Notes under the pieces: generated by a model
Told to the model about the DNA's origin: nothing
Seen by the model: only the letters and a program-made list of their open reading frames with translations
Databases searched by the model: none
Assembly (NCBI GenBank): GCA_022072165.1
Contig: JAJVIF010000001.1
Span: 273,353-337,352 of the forward strand
DNA: 64,000 bases
Source of the DNA: a bacterium
GTDB lineage: Bacteria > JAJVIF01
Direction of reading: 5' to 3'
Shown: in pieces, positions 26,996 through 36,085 of the stretch
How positions within the stretch are numbered: the stretch's first letter is position 1
Layout of the letters: every line of letters begins with the position of its first letter
Made by a program: the position numbers and the translations under genes

Positions 26996-29956
26996 ATGCC
27001 CGACATGAAACTGCTCTACCCGCTCTGGCTGTTGGCCCTGGCCGCGATTCCCCTCGCCTGGCTGCTCGAGCGCAATTCCTTCAGCGCGCTGGGACTGCTG
27101 CAGCGGCGTTTCGCGACCGTTATCCGGACTATTCTCTTTCTGCTCCTCGTCCTGGCCCTCTGCGGCTTCCAGACACGCGATCCCAATCGCACCATGCAGG
27201 TGATCTATGTCCTGGATGCCTCGCGATCGATTCCCACCGCGGAGGTCGACCGGGCGCTTGCCTGGATCGATGCGGCCAGTTCCACTCTGACCGAACAGCA
27301 GCGGGAGCGTACAGAGTCTGCGCTGATGGTCTTCGGACGGAATGCATCCTTCGAGCAGGGGTTTTCCCGGAAGCTGGAAGTTGGCACTCTCCAGAGCGTG
27401 ATAGATGACGGCAACACGGATCTGTCCCGCGCGCTGGACCTGGCGTCAGCTGTCTTTGAGCCCGGGGCAGACAAGCGGGTAGTCCTCTTTTCCGATGGTC
27501 GGGAAACACTGGGGAATGCCGAAGAGTTTGCCCGTCGCCTGCGACAGCGGGGGGTGGCAGTCGATACTGTGCCCATCGGCGCGGAAGTGGCCGACGATGT
27601 CCTGGCCCGCAAAGTCATCGTCCCCCAGGCTGCCGATCGCAAAGAAACATTCGCCGTAAAGTGCGTCGTGGATTCGTCCTCTGAAAAAGAGGCGACACTC
27701 AAACTCTTCCGCAATAACGTCTTCATCTCGCAGCATCCGGTGTCGCTGAAGCCGGGTCGCAATGTCTTCAGTTTCAACCAGACCGAGCCCGCAAAGGGGT
27801 TCTACACGTATTCCTTCGAGATCGATGCCCCTGGTGACTCAGTCGGAGCAAACAATCGCGCCCGAAGCTTCACGTTTGTCGAAGGCGAGCCCCGGCTCCT
27901 CTACCTGACCGGCGACCCCAACGAGCAGCCCGACCTCGCCGCAATGCTCGCCCCGAAGGAAATCAACATCGAGTTCCGTCAGACCGGCTTCATGCCCCAC
28001 GACCTCGCGGACCTCATGGTGTATGACGCCCTCTTCTTCTCCGATGTCTCAGCTGAAACGCTGACGCCGGAGCAGCAGACCCTCATTCAGGGCTATGTCA
28101 AAGCCCTCGGTAAGGGCTTTGTCATGCTGGGCGGACCGCAATCCTTTGGTGTCGGCGGCTGGTACCGGACACCGGTCGAGGAAGTCCTCCCGGTCACCAT
28201 GGATTTCAAGCGTCAGCAGCACTTCCCCTCCACCGGACTCTGCATCGTGATCGACCGCTCCGGCTCCATGAGCGCGATGGCCGGCAGTTACACCAAGCTC
28301 GACCTCGCCAAGAAGGCTGCCGTGGAGTCGGGGAGTGTGCTGACCAACCGGGACTACATCGGGGTCATTCAGTTCGATGATGCCGGTTACTGGGTCACCG
28401 ACAAGATGCAGCAGCTGACCAGCAAAACCCGCTTCCGGGCCCAGGTTGGGAGCATCTCCATCGGTGGCGGCACCAACATCTATGCCGGTCTGCGTCCTGC
28501 TGTGGATGAACTCACGAAGCTGCCAGCACAGGTCAAGCACATCATCCTCCTCACGGATGGGATGTCCGCACCTGGTGACTACGATCGCATCATCCGGGAC
28601 TGCAAAGCCGCCGGGATCACGCTGACCACCGTGGCCACTGGTCCGGACTCGGATGAGCGCTTCCTGAAAAATCTGGCAACCCGGGGAGGTGGCCGCTATT
28701 ACCCGCTGCCCGACGCGCGGAATCTCCCCCGTATCTTCACCAAGGAAACCTTTCTCGCCGCCACGAAGTCGGTCATTGAAGAGCCTTTCACGCCAAATCC
28801 GGGCGAAGTCCACCCCATCACCGATGGCTTCCCCTTCGTCGGCAGTCAGCCCCTCCTGGGCTACAACGCCACCACGAAAAAGGATCTGGCGAGCGTCACG
28901 ATGTTCACGCCGCAAGGGGATCCCCTCTTCGCGCACTGGAACTATGGACTCGGCAAGTCGATGGCCTTCACCAGTGATGCACGCCGCCGTTGGGGAGCCG
29001 CCTGGATGGGGTGGAGTCCGGCTCAGGTCCTCTGGACGCAGAGTGTCCGGTGGCTCACGGGCGAGCAGGAAAGTAAGGAACTGGTCGCGCAGGTGAGTCG
29101 TGATGGAGCGAGAACCACCATCACTGTCGACTCTTTTACAAGTCGCGGTGACCTGGATGCTGAAGGAAAAGTCACCGCGCATGTCGTCACACCGTCGCTG
29201 GAGACCCTGGAACTCCCGATGCGGCAGGTGGCTCCCGGAAGATTCGAACTGCAGGAGCTGTTCGCCGATGATGGCAACTACATCGTGAATGTGGTGAAGG
29301 AGCAGGGAGACCAGGTTACCGGCGTCCTGCATACCGGCTTCGCGGTGAGCTACAGCCCTGAGTACGACGCTGGGCCCCCCAATACATTCCTGCTGACCCG
29401 CATCGCTGAGTTGACCCAGGGGACGATGAACCCGGAGCCACCGCAGGCCTATCGTCCGGTGGAGTTCACCGGCGAGCTGGGGTCCTGGAAGGACTGGAGC
29501 TTCCCCCTCCTGATGGCCTGCATCCTTCTGTTCCCCCTCGACATCGCTGTCCGCCGCATTATGCTGCCCGAAGAAGGACTCCGGACCTGGAGCGAAGCCG
29601 CGATCGCCGGTCTTCTGGGACTCTTCCGTCCGGTGGAAGCAGCTGCCCGACGTGTCTCACGGCCGGCAACGGTCGCCCCCGCCTGGCGTCGGGAAGCTGA
29701 AACCTCTGCTCGTCGCGCCGAACAAAAGGCTCCGCCCTCACCGGAGGTGCCTCCCAGTGGTCCTGTCAGGATCAGCAAGCAGCAAAGTGGCGATCCGGAG
29801 GCGTTGCAGCGACGGGTCGGGAGCATTTTGGCCGGGAGCGGCAAGGGGAACGCCCCCGGGGAGGCAGAGGCAGCCGGTGATGACACCTACGCCCGGCTGC
29901 TGGAAGCCAAGCGTCGCGCCAGGGAAAAAGCTGACGGGTCCGAGCCTCGCACCTGA
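26996..29956 (+). CDS. Double-VWA / glutamine-amidotransferase-like membrane protein
   Basis: DASRS..FSDG (VWA1), GGPQSFGVGGWYRTPVEEVLPV, DRSGSM..GGT..LTDG (VWA2), YGLGKS.AFTSD. Confidence 0.88.
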   Translation: MPDMKLLYPLWLLALAAIPLAWLLERNSFSALGLLQRRFATVIRTILFLLLVLALCGFQTRDPNRTMQVIYVLDASRSIPTAEVDRALAWIDAASSTLTEQQRERTESALMVFGRNASFEQGFSRKLEVGTLQSVIDDGNTDLSRALDLASAVFEPGADKRVVLFSDGRETLGNAEEFARRLRQRGVAVDTVPIGAEVADDVLARKVIVPQAADRKETFAVKCVVDSSSEKEATLKLFRNNVFISQHPVSLKPGRNVFSFNQTEPAKGFYTYSFEIDAPGDSVGANNRARSFTFVEGEPRLLYLTGDPNEQPDLAAMLAPKEINIEFRQTGFMPHDLADLMVYDALFFSDVSAETLTPEQQTLIQGYVKALGKGFVMLGGPQSFGVGGWYRTPVEEVLPVTMDFKRQQHFPSTGLCIVIDRSGSMSAMAGSYTKLDLAKKAAVESGSVLTNRDYIGVIQFDDAGYWVTDKMQQLTSKTRFRAQVGSISIGGGTNIYAGLRPAVDELTKLPAQVKHIILLTDGMSAPGDYDRIIRDCKAAGITLTTVATGPDSDERFLKNLATRGGGRYYPLPDARNLPRIFTKETFLAATKSVIEEPFTPNPGEVHPITDGFPFVGSQPLLGYNATTKKDLASVTMFTPQGDPLFAHWNYGLGKSMAFTSDARRRWGAAWMGWSPAQVLWTQSVRWLTGEQESKELVAQVSRDGARTTITVDSFTSRGDLDAEGKVTAHVVTPSLETLELPMRQVAPGRFELQELFADDGNYIVNVVKEQGDQVTGVLHTGFAVSYSPEYDAGPPNTFLLTRIAELTQGTMNPEPPQAYRPVEFTGELGSWKDWSFPLLMACILLFPLDIAVRRIMLPEEGLRTWSEAAIAGLLGLFRPVEAAARRVSRPATVAPAWRREAETSARRAEQKAPPSPEVPPSGPVRISKQQSGDPEALQRRVGSILAGSGKGNAPGEAEAAGDDTYARLLEAKRRAREKADGSEPRT

Positions 29957-30022
29957 CGTTCATGCTGCTACACTTAGGCCGCACGCAATTTCGCGTCCCA
30001 CAAGGGAGGACCGCGCCGCATC

Positions 30023-30346
30023 ATGACTGACCAACAGGACCCGCAGCAGCAGCCCGCGCAGGTGAGCTTTGCTCCCCAGGCGCACTCGGTGCTCTACAGC
30101 GACTTCGCCCAGATCACCATCAATCCGCATTCCGCCACGCTTCGCTTCGGCACCCAGGTGCCCGGACGCAACGAGTTTGTGGTGCACACGCAGCTCGCGA
30201 TGCCCCCCCAGGCGCTGGTGGCGTTCGCCAACGCGATCCAGCAGCACCTGCAGGCCATCGCGCAGGCGCAGGCCAACGCCCGGCAGCAGGAAGACTCTGG
30301 TCTCGTGGGGCCGGATGGGCCGATCGATCTGTCGCGCCTGAACTAA
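30023..30346 (+). CDS. DUF3467-like small protein
   Basis: YSDFAQI...LRFG...VHTQLAMPP pattern; SD GGAGG; extended -10 TGCTACACT upstream. Confidence 0.65.
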   Translation: MTDQQDPQQQPAQVSFAPQAHSVLYSDFAQITINPHSATLRFGTQVPGRNEFVVHTQLAMPPQALVAFANAIQQHLQAIAQAQANARQQEDSGLVGPDGPIDLSRLN

Positions 30347-30376
30347 GCGGATTCCGCGATCTCTGCTCGCTGGTAG

Positions 30377-31333
30377 CTAGGCGGCTCCCGCTACGGGGGC
30401 CGTCGCTGCTTTTTTCGGTCCGCCACTGATGAGCTGCCAGAGGGCCACCGTGACGAGAAAAGCTCCAAACGTCAGCTTCAGATGCGGACTGGAGAGTGAC
30501 TTGAGCAGTAACCCCCCCAGGTAGACTCCGCCGACACTTCCGGGAGCCAGCCAGAGGACTGTCGAGATCTTGCCGGCCTTTTGCTGAAGATATTTGACCG
30601 CGCCCGTAAACACGATCGGGAACATCGCCCCGACCGCATAGCCCTGGGCGTATTTCTGATCGATGTGCAGCAGCTCCGTAAGAACTGGAACCATCACAAC
30701 ATTGCCCCCGATGCCCGTAAAGCCGCTGGCGATGCCGGCGATCGTGCCAGTCCCCAAAAACTCCAGCCCAGTGAGGAGCGTCAGCGGGGTATCGGGCAGA
30801 ATCGGCGCGTGCGCGCCTTCCGCCGCCTGTATCAGGCCCCCCCGGATCATCCAGAAGGCAGCGAAGAGCATGATCAGCGAGAAGATTTTGGTCAGCTTGT
30901 CCAGCGGGAGTTTCAGCGCCCAGCCACTGGAGAGCTGCGCGCCGACCATCCCTCCCGCAGCCATGCAGACGGAGAAGATGACGGCGTTCAGATCCCAGTA
31001 GAGGAGGCGAGGCGTCTGATTCCAGTAATTGAAGAGATTCGCGATGACCAGAATCACTGCCAGGGCGAGGCTGGTTCCCTGGGCCGACCGCTGATCGATA
31101 CGCACAATCCACACCAGCAACGGAATAACCACCACTCCGCCGCCGATCCCCAGCATCCCGCCCATAACACCAGTAATGATGCCCAGCAGCACCAGCAGCC
31201 AGGGCCATTCCCGGGTGCCGGACTGCTGGATGGCAGTGGTTGTTGCTGGTTCCGGTGCGGAGATAGCCGCCTCCTGAGTGATACACTCCCTGCTGCTGCG
31301 GTTGCCCGGCACTGGGCGGTCCGCCACCAGCAC
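30377..31333 (-). CDS. TSUP (TauE/SafE) family transporter
   Basis: Two repeats of GIGGG/GIGGN..VP.L...IDQ..AQG; start uncertain. Confidence 0.9.
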   Translation of the reverse strand: MLVADRPVPGNRSSRECITQEAAISAPEPATTTAIQQSGTREWPWLLVLLGIITGVMGGMLGIGGGVVVIPLLVWIVRIDQRSAQGTSLALAVILVIANLFNYWNQTPRLLYWDLNAVIFSVCMAAGGMVGAQLSSGWALKLPLDKLTKIFSLIMLFAAFWMIRGGLIQAAEGAHAPILPDTPLTLLTGLEFLGTGTIAGIASGFTGIGGNVVMVPVLTELLHIDQKYAQGYAVGAMFPIVFTGAVKYLQQKAGKISTVLWLAPGSVGGVYLGGLLLKSLSSPHLKLTFGAFLVTVALWQLISGGPKKAATAPVAGAA

Positions 31334-31377
31334 GCCGCTGCGTCGCTGGCAGTGAGCATAGTACCCGGAGGAACAAC

Positions 31378-31818
31378 ATGCACGTGCGTCAGCTTGGCTG
31401 GCTTGTGACCCTGAGCCTGCTCCTGTTCAGTCTCTTTGGTTGCGACAAACTCTCCAACATCGGGACCAGCGTGGCTGGCAACATCTACAACCGGGGGACC
31501 CCACAGGGTGGTCACATCACCCTCGTGGATTTCGCCACTGGGTCCACCGCCTATCAGGGCCAGAGCCAGGATGGGCACTTCATTATCCAGGATGTCAAAG
31601 CGGGCGAGTACGTCATCCGCTACATGAACATGAACGCCATCCCCATGGGGGGCGGACGGTACATCAAGGTCCTTCCCGGACGCCCGGTCACCGAGATCAA
31701 GTTCGAGATCTGGGAAGTCGTCGGGCCGGACACCAAGGACAAAGAGGGGAACCTCCTGATGACCAAGGAGCAGTTCATGGAAAAGTTCGGGCTCACCGAC
31801 CAGGTCCCCACCGGCTAA
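31378..31818 (+). CDS. Lipoprotein with carboxypeptidase-regulatory-like beta-sandwich
   Basis: SD GGAGG; lipobox LFGC; VAG...DGHFIIQDVKAGEY. Confidence 0.75.
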   Translation: MHVRQLGWLVTLSLLLFSLFGCDKLSNIGTSVAGNIYNRGTPQGGHITLVDFATGSTAYQGQSQDGHFIIQDVKAGEYVIRYMNMNAIPMGGGRYIKVLPGRPVTEIKFEIWEVVGPDTKDKEGNLLMTKEQFMEKFGLTDQVPTG

Positions 31819-31845
31819 CGCACGCTCACACCAGCGTAGCGACTG

Positions 31846-31876
31846 AAGCCCCCGGGTCCCCCCGGGGGCTTTCATT
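31846..31876 (+). terminator. Rho-independent terminator
   Basis: aagcccccggg-tccc-cccgggggctt followed by tcatt. Confidence 0.75.
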
Positions 31877-31948
31877 CCCCCGGTCCCGCACCCCCTGTCT
31901 GCCTGCGTATACTCGCCTCTGGCCGCTGCTCACACCTGCGAGGTAACT

Positions 31949-33007
31949 ATGAGTCCCACACTCCGGACCGGCGCAATCGAGGTCACCGACCTCACGAAAA
32001 TCTTCGTCAACTTCAAGCGACGCGAAGGGGTCTCTGGTGCGTTTCTCGATCTCTTCAAGCGGGACTACTCCCGGCAAGTGGCCGTCGATCACCTGACCTT
32101 CCAGATCGCACCGGGGGAACTGGTCGGCTACATCGGGGCGAACGGCGCTGGCAAGTCCACCACGATCAAGATGCTCACCGGCATCCTGGTCCCCACCAGT
32201 GGTGAGGTTCGGGTCAACGGGCTGATTCCGTATAACAACAATCAGCACAAGAAGCTGATCGGTGTCGTCTTCGGGCAGCGGACCCAGCTCTGGTGGGACA
32301 TTGCGGTTATCGAAGCCTTCCACCTGCTGCAGAAAATCTACGAAGTGCCCCGGGCGGAGTACCTGACCCGCCTGGAAGAATTCACCCAGCTGCTGGACCT
32401 GGAGGAACTCCTCCATAAGCCCGTACGCAAGCTCTCCTTAGGGCAGCGGATGCGTTGCGACCTGGCCGCCTCGTTACTCCACAACCCGCCTGTGGTCTTT
32501 CTGGATGAGCCCACCATTGGCCTGGACGTCTCAGTGAAGGCCCGCATCCGGGCGTTCATCAGGGACATCAATCAGAAACATGGCACCACCGTCATTCTCA
32601 CCACCCACGACCTGGTGGACATCGAGGAAGTCTGCGAGCGACTCCTCATCATCGACCAGGGAAAGCTCCTGTATGACGGACATCTGATGACCCTGAAGGA
32701 ACGCTTCGGTCGCATCCGGCGCCTGGTGGTGGACTTCGTGGACCATCTCACGGAAGTCGATCTGGCACCGGTGCTGGAACCCTGGGGCGAAGCCGTCGAG
32801 TTCACCTGCGGCGTCGAGGGGCATTGCGAAATCCGGTTCGACCGGACCCGGGTCACGGCGACTGACCTGATTAACGCGATCCTGCCCCGCTTTTCCGCCA
32901 GGGACTTCGCACTGCAAGAGCCTGAAATCACCGACATCGTCAAAAGCATCTATGACCAGGGGTATGAGTATCGCGTCATGCGCGAGGAGGCCGGACTGGC
33001 AGTATGA
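31949..33007 (+). CDS. ABC transporter ATP-binding protein (COG4586-like), no adjacent permease
   Basis: GANGAGKST, FGQRTQLWWD, LSLGQRMR, FLDEPTIGLD and TTH. Confidence 0.93.
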   Translation: MSPTLRTGAIEVTDLTKIFVNFKRREGVSGAFLDLFKRDYSRQVAVDHLTFQIAPGELVGYIGANGAGKSTTIKMLTGILVPTSGEVRVNGLIPYNNNQHKKLIGVVFGQRTQLWWDIAVIEAFHLLQKIYEVPRAEYLTRLEEFTQLLDLEELLHKPVRKLSLGQRMRCDLAASLLHNPPVVFLDEPTIGLDVSVKARIRAFIRDINQKHGTTVILTTHDLVDIEEVCERLLIIDQGKLLYDGHLMTLKERFGRIRRLVVDFVDHLTEVDLAPVLEPWGEAVEFTCGVEGHCEIRFDRTRVTATDLINAILPRFSARDFALQEPEITDIVKSIYDQGYEYRVMREEAGLAV

Positions 33008-33963
33008 CCACGCTGTACGTCCTGGCAGGACCCACCGCCAGCGGCAAAACCGCGCTGTCGGTGTCGCTCGCACAAGCTCTCGATGCTGAGATCATCGTGG
33101 TCGACTCCCGGCAGGTCTATCGCGGGATGGACATCGGGACCGCCAAGCCGACCGCCGCCGAGCGGGAACGGGTGCCGCATCACGGCCTGGATCTGCGGGA
33201 TCCCGATGAGGACTTTTCGGTCGCCGCGTTCGTCGAGTTTGCAGCGCAGACGATCAGTGACATTCACCGACGCGGCCGGCGAGTCCTGTTGGTCGGTGGG
33301 ACGGGCATGTATCTCAAAGCCCTGCAGGAGGGCTGGGATTTCGCGGGGGTCGGCACGCAACGAGATCTGCGCGAAGAGTTGACACAGCAGCTCGAATCCG
33401 GGGGCGTCATTGCATTGGTGGCCGACCTGCTCTCCCGGGATCCTCAGGCGGCGGAACTCGTAGATCTCAACAATCCCGCCCGGGTTTTGCGCGCCCTCGA
33501 AATCGTCATCGCCACCGGACGCCCCCTTGCTGATGTGCGTGCACAATCCGGCACCGCCTGGCAGCTGCAGGGGATCGTGCTGACACGTCCCAAGCCCGAG
33601 CTGGACGCCCGCATCGAATTGCGGATCAATCAGATGATGCATGAGGGCTGGCTCGATGAGGTCCGGGATTTGGCGGCCCGACCCTGGCCCGCTACTTCAC
33701 CAGCGATGACAGGCATCGGCTACGACGAGCTCCGGCGGCATCTCGCAGGGGAGTACACCCTCCAGTTTGCCCTCAAGCGGGCCGCCGCCAGAACCCGGCA
33801 GTACGCCAAGCGGCAGCTCACCTGGTTCCGGGCGCAGCAGTTCCCCTTCCTGGAAGTCTCGGGAGAACAAGACTGGCCGGCCATCGCTACGGTCATCGCC
33901 GGGGGCTGGCGGACAATGCCTCTCACCACCGCATCCTCTACAATCCCGCAACCATGGGCCTGA
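33004..33963 (+). CDS. miaA: tRNA dimethylallyltransferase
   Basis: GPTASGKT, DSRQVYRGMDIGTAKP, VGGTGMY and YAKRQLTWFR. Confidence 0.97.
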   Translation: MTTLYVLAGPTASGKTALSVSLAQALDAEIIVVDSRQVYRGMDIGTAKPTAAERERVPHHGLDLRDPDEDFSVAAFVEFAAQTISDIHRRGRRVLLVGGTGMYLKALQEGWDFAGVGTQRDLREELTQQLESGGVIALVADLLSRDPQAAELVDLNNPARVLRALEIVIATGRPLADVRAQSGTAWQLQGIVLTRPKPELDARIELRINQMMHEGWLDEVRDLAARPWPATSPAMTGIGYDELRRHLAGEYTLQFALKRAAARTRQYAKRQLTWFRAQQFPFLEVSGEQDWPAIATVIAGGWRTMPLTTASSTIPQPWA

Positions 33964-34820
33964 AACCGCTTCCCTTCACGAAAATGCACGGCACCGGCAA
34001 CGACTTCGTGGTCGTGCGTCGCAACGATCTCCCCGAGGGGAAGGACCCCGGGGCGATTGCGATCCTGAGCTCGCATCGACGCTTCGGAATCGGCTCCGAT
34101 GGCCTCCTCCTGGTCGGACTCGCCGAGGGCGACGCTGATCTGGAAATGATCTTCTACAACCCGGATGGCACCACGGCAGAGATGTGCGGTAACGGCCTGC
34201 GCTGTGTCGCCAAGTACGCCTACGACCATCGCCTGGTGCACGGCACCACCTTTCGGGTGCAAACCGGGGCAGGTATCAAGGACGTCGAAGTGACCGTCGG
34301 GGCGGAGGGCAAGGTGTATGCCGTCGAGTGCAACATGGGAGCTCCGGTGTTCACCTGCCAGGAGATCCCGGTCAACTGGCCAGAAGACACGGCGATCCAC
34401 CAGCCGCTGAAGGTCCCCCATGGCGATCACGAGCACCTGGTTCGCTTTACGGCAGTCTCGATGGGGAATCCCCATGCGGTCATCCCGGTCGATGACCTGG
34501 ATAACCTCAAAGTCAGTCATCTGGGACCTCCAATCGAAACGCATCCGATGTTCCCGGCGAAGACCAATGTGGAGTTCGTCCAGCAACTCAGCCGTGACCG
34601 GGTCGCGATCCGCATCTGGGAACGCGGCGCTGGGGAAACCTGGAGCTGCGGTACCGGTATCTGCGCGGTCTTTGCTGCCCTGCGAGCCCACGGCGATTGC
34701 GATGACGCCCTCTCAGTGGAAGTCAAAGGCGGGACTGTCGAGACCCGCTGGACCGAAGCTGGCGAAATCCTGATGAAGGGGCCAGCCGTCGAAGTCTTCT
34801 CCGGTACCATGCAGGTCTGA
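33954..34820 (+). CDS. dapF: Diaminopimelate epimerase
   Basis: KMHGTGNDF, EMCGNGLRC, SMGNPH and ERGAGETWSCGTG. Confidence 0.97.
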   Translation: MGLKPLPFTKMHGTGNDFVVVRRNDLPEGKDPGAIAILSSHRRFGIGSDGLLLVGLAEGDADLEMIFYNPDGTTAEMCGNGLRCVAKYAYDHRLVHGTTFRVQTGAGIKDVEVTVGAEGKVYAVECNMGAPVFTCQEIPVNWPEDTAIHQPLKVPHGDHEHLVRFTAVSMGNPHAVIPVDDLDNLKVSHLGPPIETHPMFPAKTNVEFVQQLSRDRVAIRIWERGAGETWSCGTGICAVFAALRAHGDCDDALSVEVKGGTVETRWTEAGEILMKGPAVEVFSGTMQV

Positions 34821-34879
34821 ACACGAGGGCTAGCGTCCATCAGCAGGCAGCAATAGCGATAAAGGAAGTGGCAGTCCGC

Positions 34880-36085
34880 ATGACCTCTCCGACCCCGACA
34901 CTCAAACTCTCCCGTCGCGTGACAGAAGTCCCGCCGTATCTCTTTGCGGCGATCGACAAAGCCCGCGACGAAGCCAGGGCGAGGGGACTGGATGTCATTT
35001 CGCTTGGCATCGGCGATCCGGACCAGCCGACCCTCGATCCCATCGTTGAAGAGATGCACCGCGCCATCGACCGTCCGGCCAATCACCGGTACCCGGCGTA
35101 CGAAGGCTCAGCGGCGTTCCGGGAGGCGGCGAGTCGCTGGATGGAGCGTCGCTTCGGTGTCCGGCTGGCACCCTGCGAAATCATGGCGCTCATCGGAGCC
35201 AAAGAAGGGATCATGCACTTCTCCCTCGCGGTGCTTGACCCAGGGGATCTCTGTATCGTGCCGGAGCCGAGCTATCCCACTTACCGCACGTCTGCCCAGT
35301 GCGCCGGAGCGGACATCTACGATGTCGCGCTCACCGAGGCCAACGATTTCCAGATTGACCTGGCCTCAATTCCCGAAGAAATCGCCCGACGAGCCACCCT
35401 GATCTGGGTGAACTACCCGAACAATCCCACGACCGCCGTGGCCTCGCGGGACTTTTTCACCGATCTCATCGCCTGGGCCCGCAAGTACGAGGTGATCGTC
35501 GTCAACGACAACGCCTACTCCGAGATCTACTTTGACCCTGCCGACCGGCCCATCTCGATTTTCGAGTTCGAGGGGGCGAAGGATGTCGCGGTGGAGCTGT
35601 ACTCCCTCTCGAAGGGATACAACATGACCGGCTGGCGCATCGGCTGGGCGGCAGGGCGTAAAGAGTTCATGGACGCCCTGGGGGTGATCAAGAGCAACAC
35701 CGACTCGGGCGTCTTCACTGCGATTCAGGAAGCCTCGATGGTCGGACTCGATCTCCCCTTCGAGGCCCAGGATCCCATCCGGCAGCTCTATCGCGAGCGA
35801 CGGGATCGGGTGGTTGCCCGCCTGAGTGCTGCCGGCATCACTTTCTACCCCTGTCGCGGCACCATCTACCTCTGGGGCAAAGTTCCGACCACGGAGAGCA
35901 GTGTGGAGTACGCCTCCCGGCTCCTGGAGCAGACCGGGGTTGTCATCGGCCCGGGGCGTGGTTGGGGTCCGAGCGGGGAGGGCTGGTTCCGGCTCTGCCT
36001 GACGACCGCCGATGACCGGCTGGATGAAGCCGTCGGGCGCATCATTGCAGACCTCGAGCAGTGGCGAGCCGCTCACCCCGGTTAG
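34880..36085 (+). CDS. dapL: LL-diaminopimelate aminotransferase (class I/II)
   Basis: PPYLFA, LGIGDPD, GAKEG, NYPNNPT, SLSKGYNMTGWRIG and KSNTDSG; adjacent to dapF. Confidence 0.85.
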   Translation: MTSPTPTLKLSRRVTEVPPYLFAAIDKARDEARARGLDVISLGIGDPDQPTLDPIVEEMHRAIDRPANHRYPAYEGSAAFREAASRWMERRFGVRLAPCEIMALIGAKEGIMHFSLAVLDPGDLCIVPEPSYPTYRTSAQCAGADIYDVALTEANDFQIDLASIPEEIARRATLIWVNYPNNPTTAVASRDFFTDLIAWARKYEVIVVNDNAYSEIYFDPADRPISIFEFEGAKDVAVELYSLSKGYNMTGWRIGWAAGRKEFMDALGVIKSNTDSGVFTAIQEASMVGLDLPFEAQDPIRQLYRERRDRVVARLSAAGITFYPCRGTIYLWGKVPTTESSVEYASRLLEQTGVVIGPGRGWGPSGEGWFRLCLTTADDRLDEAVGRIIADLEQWRAAHPG

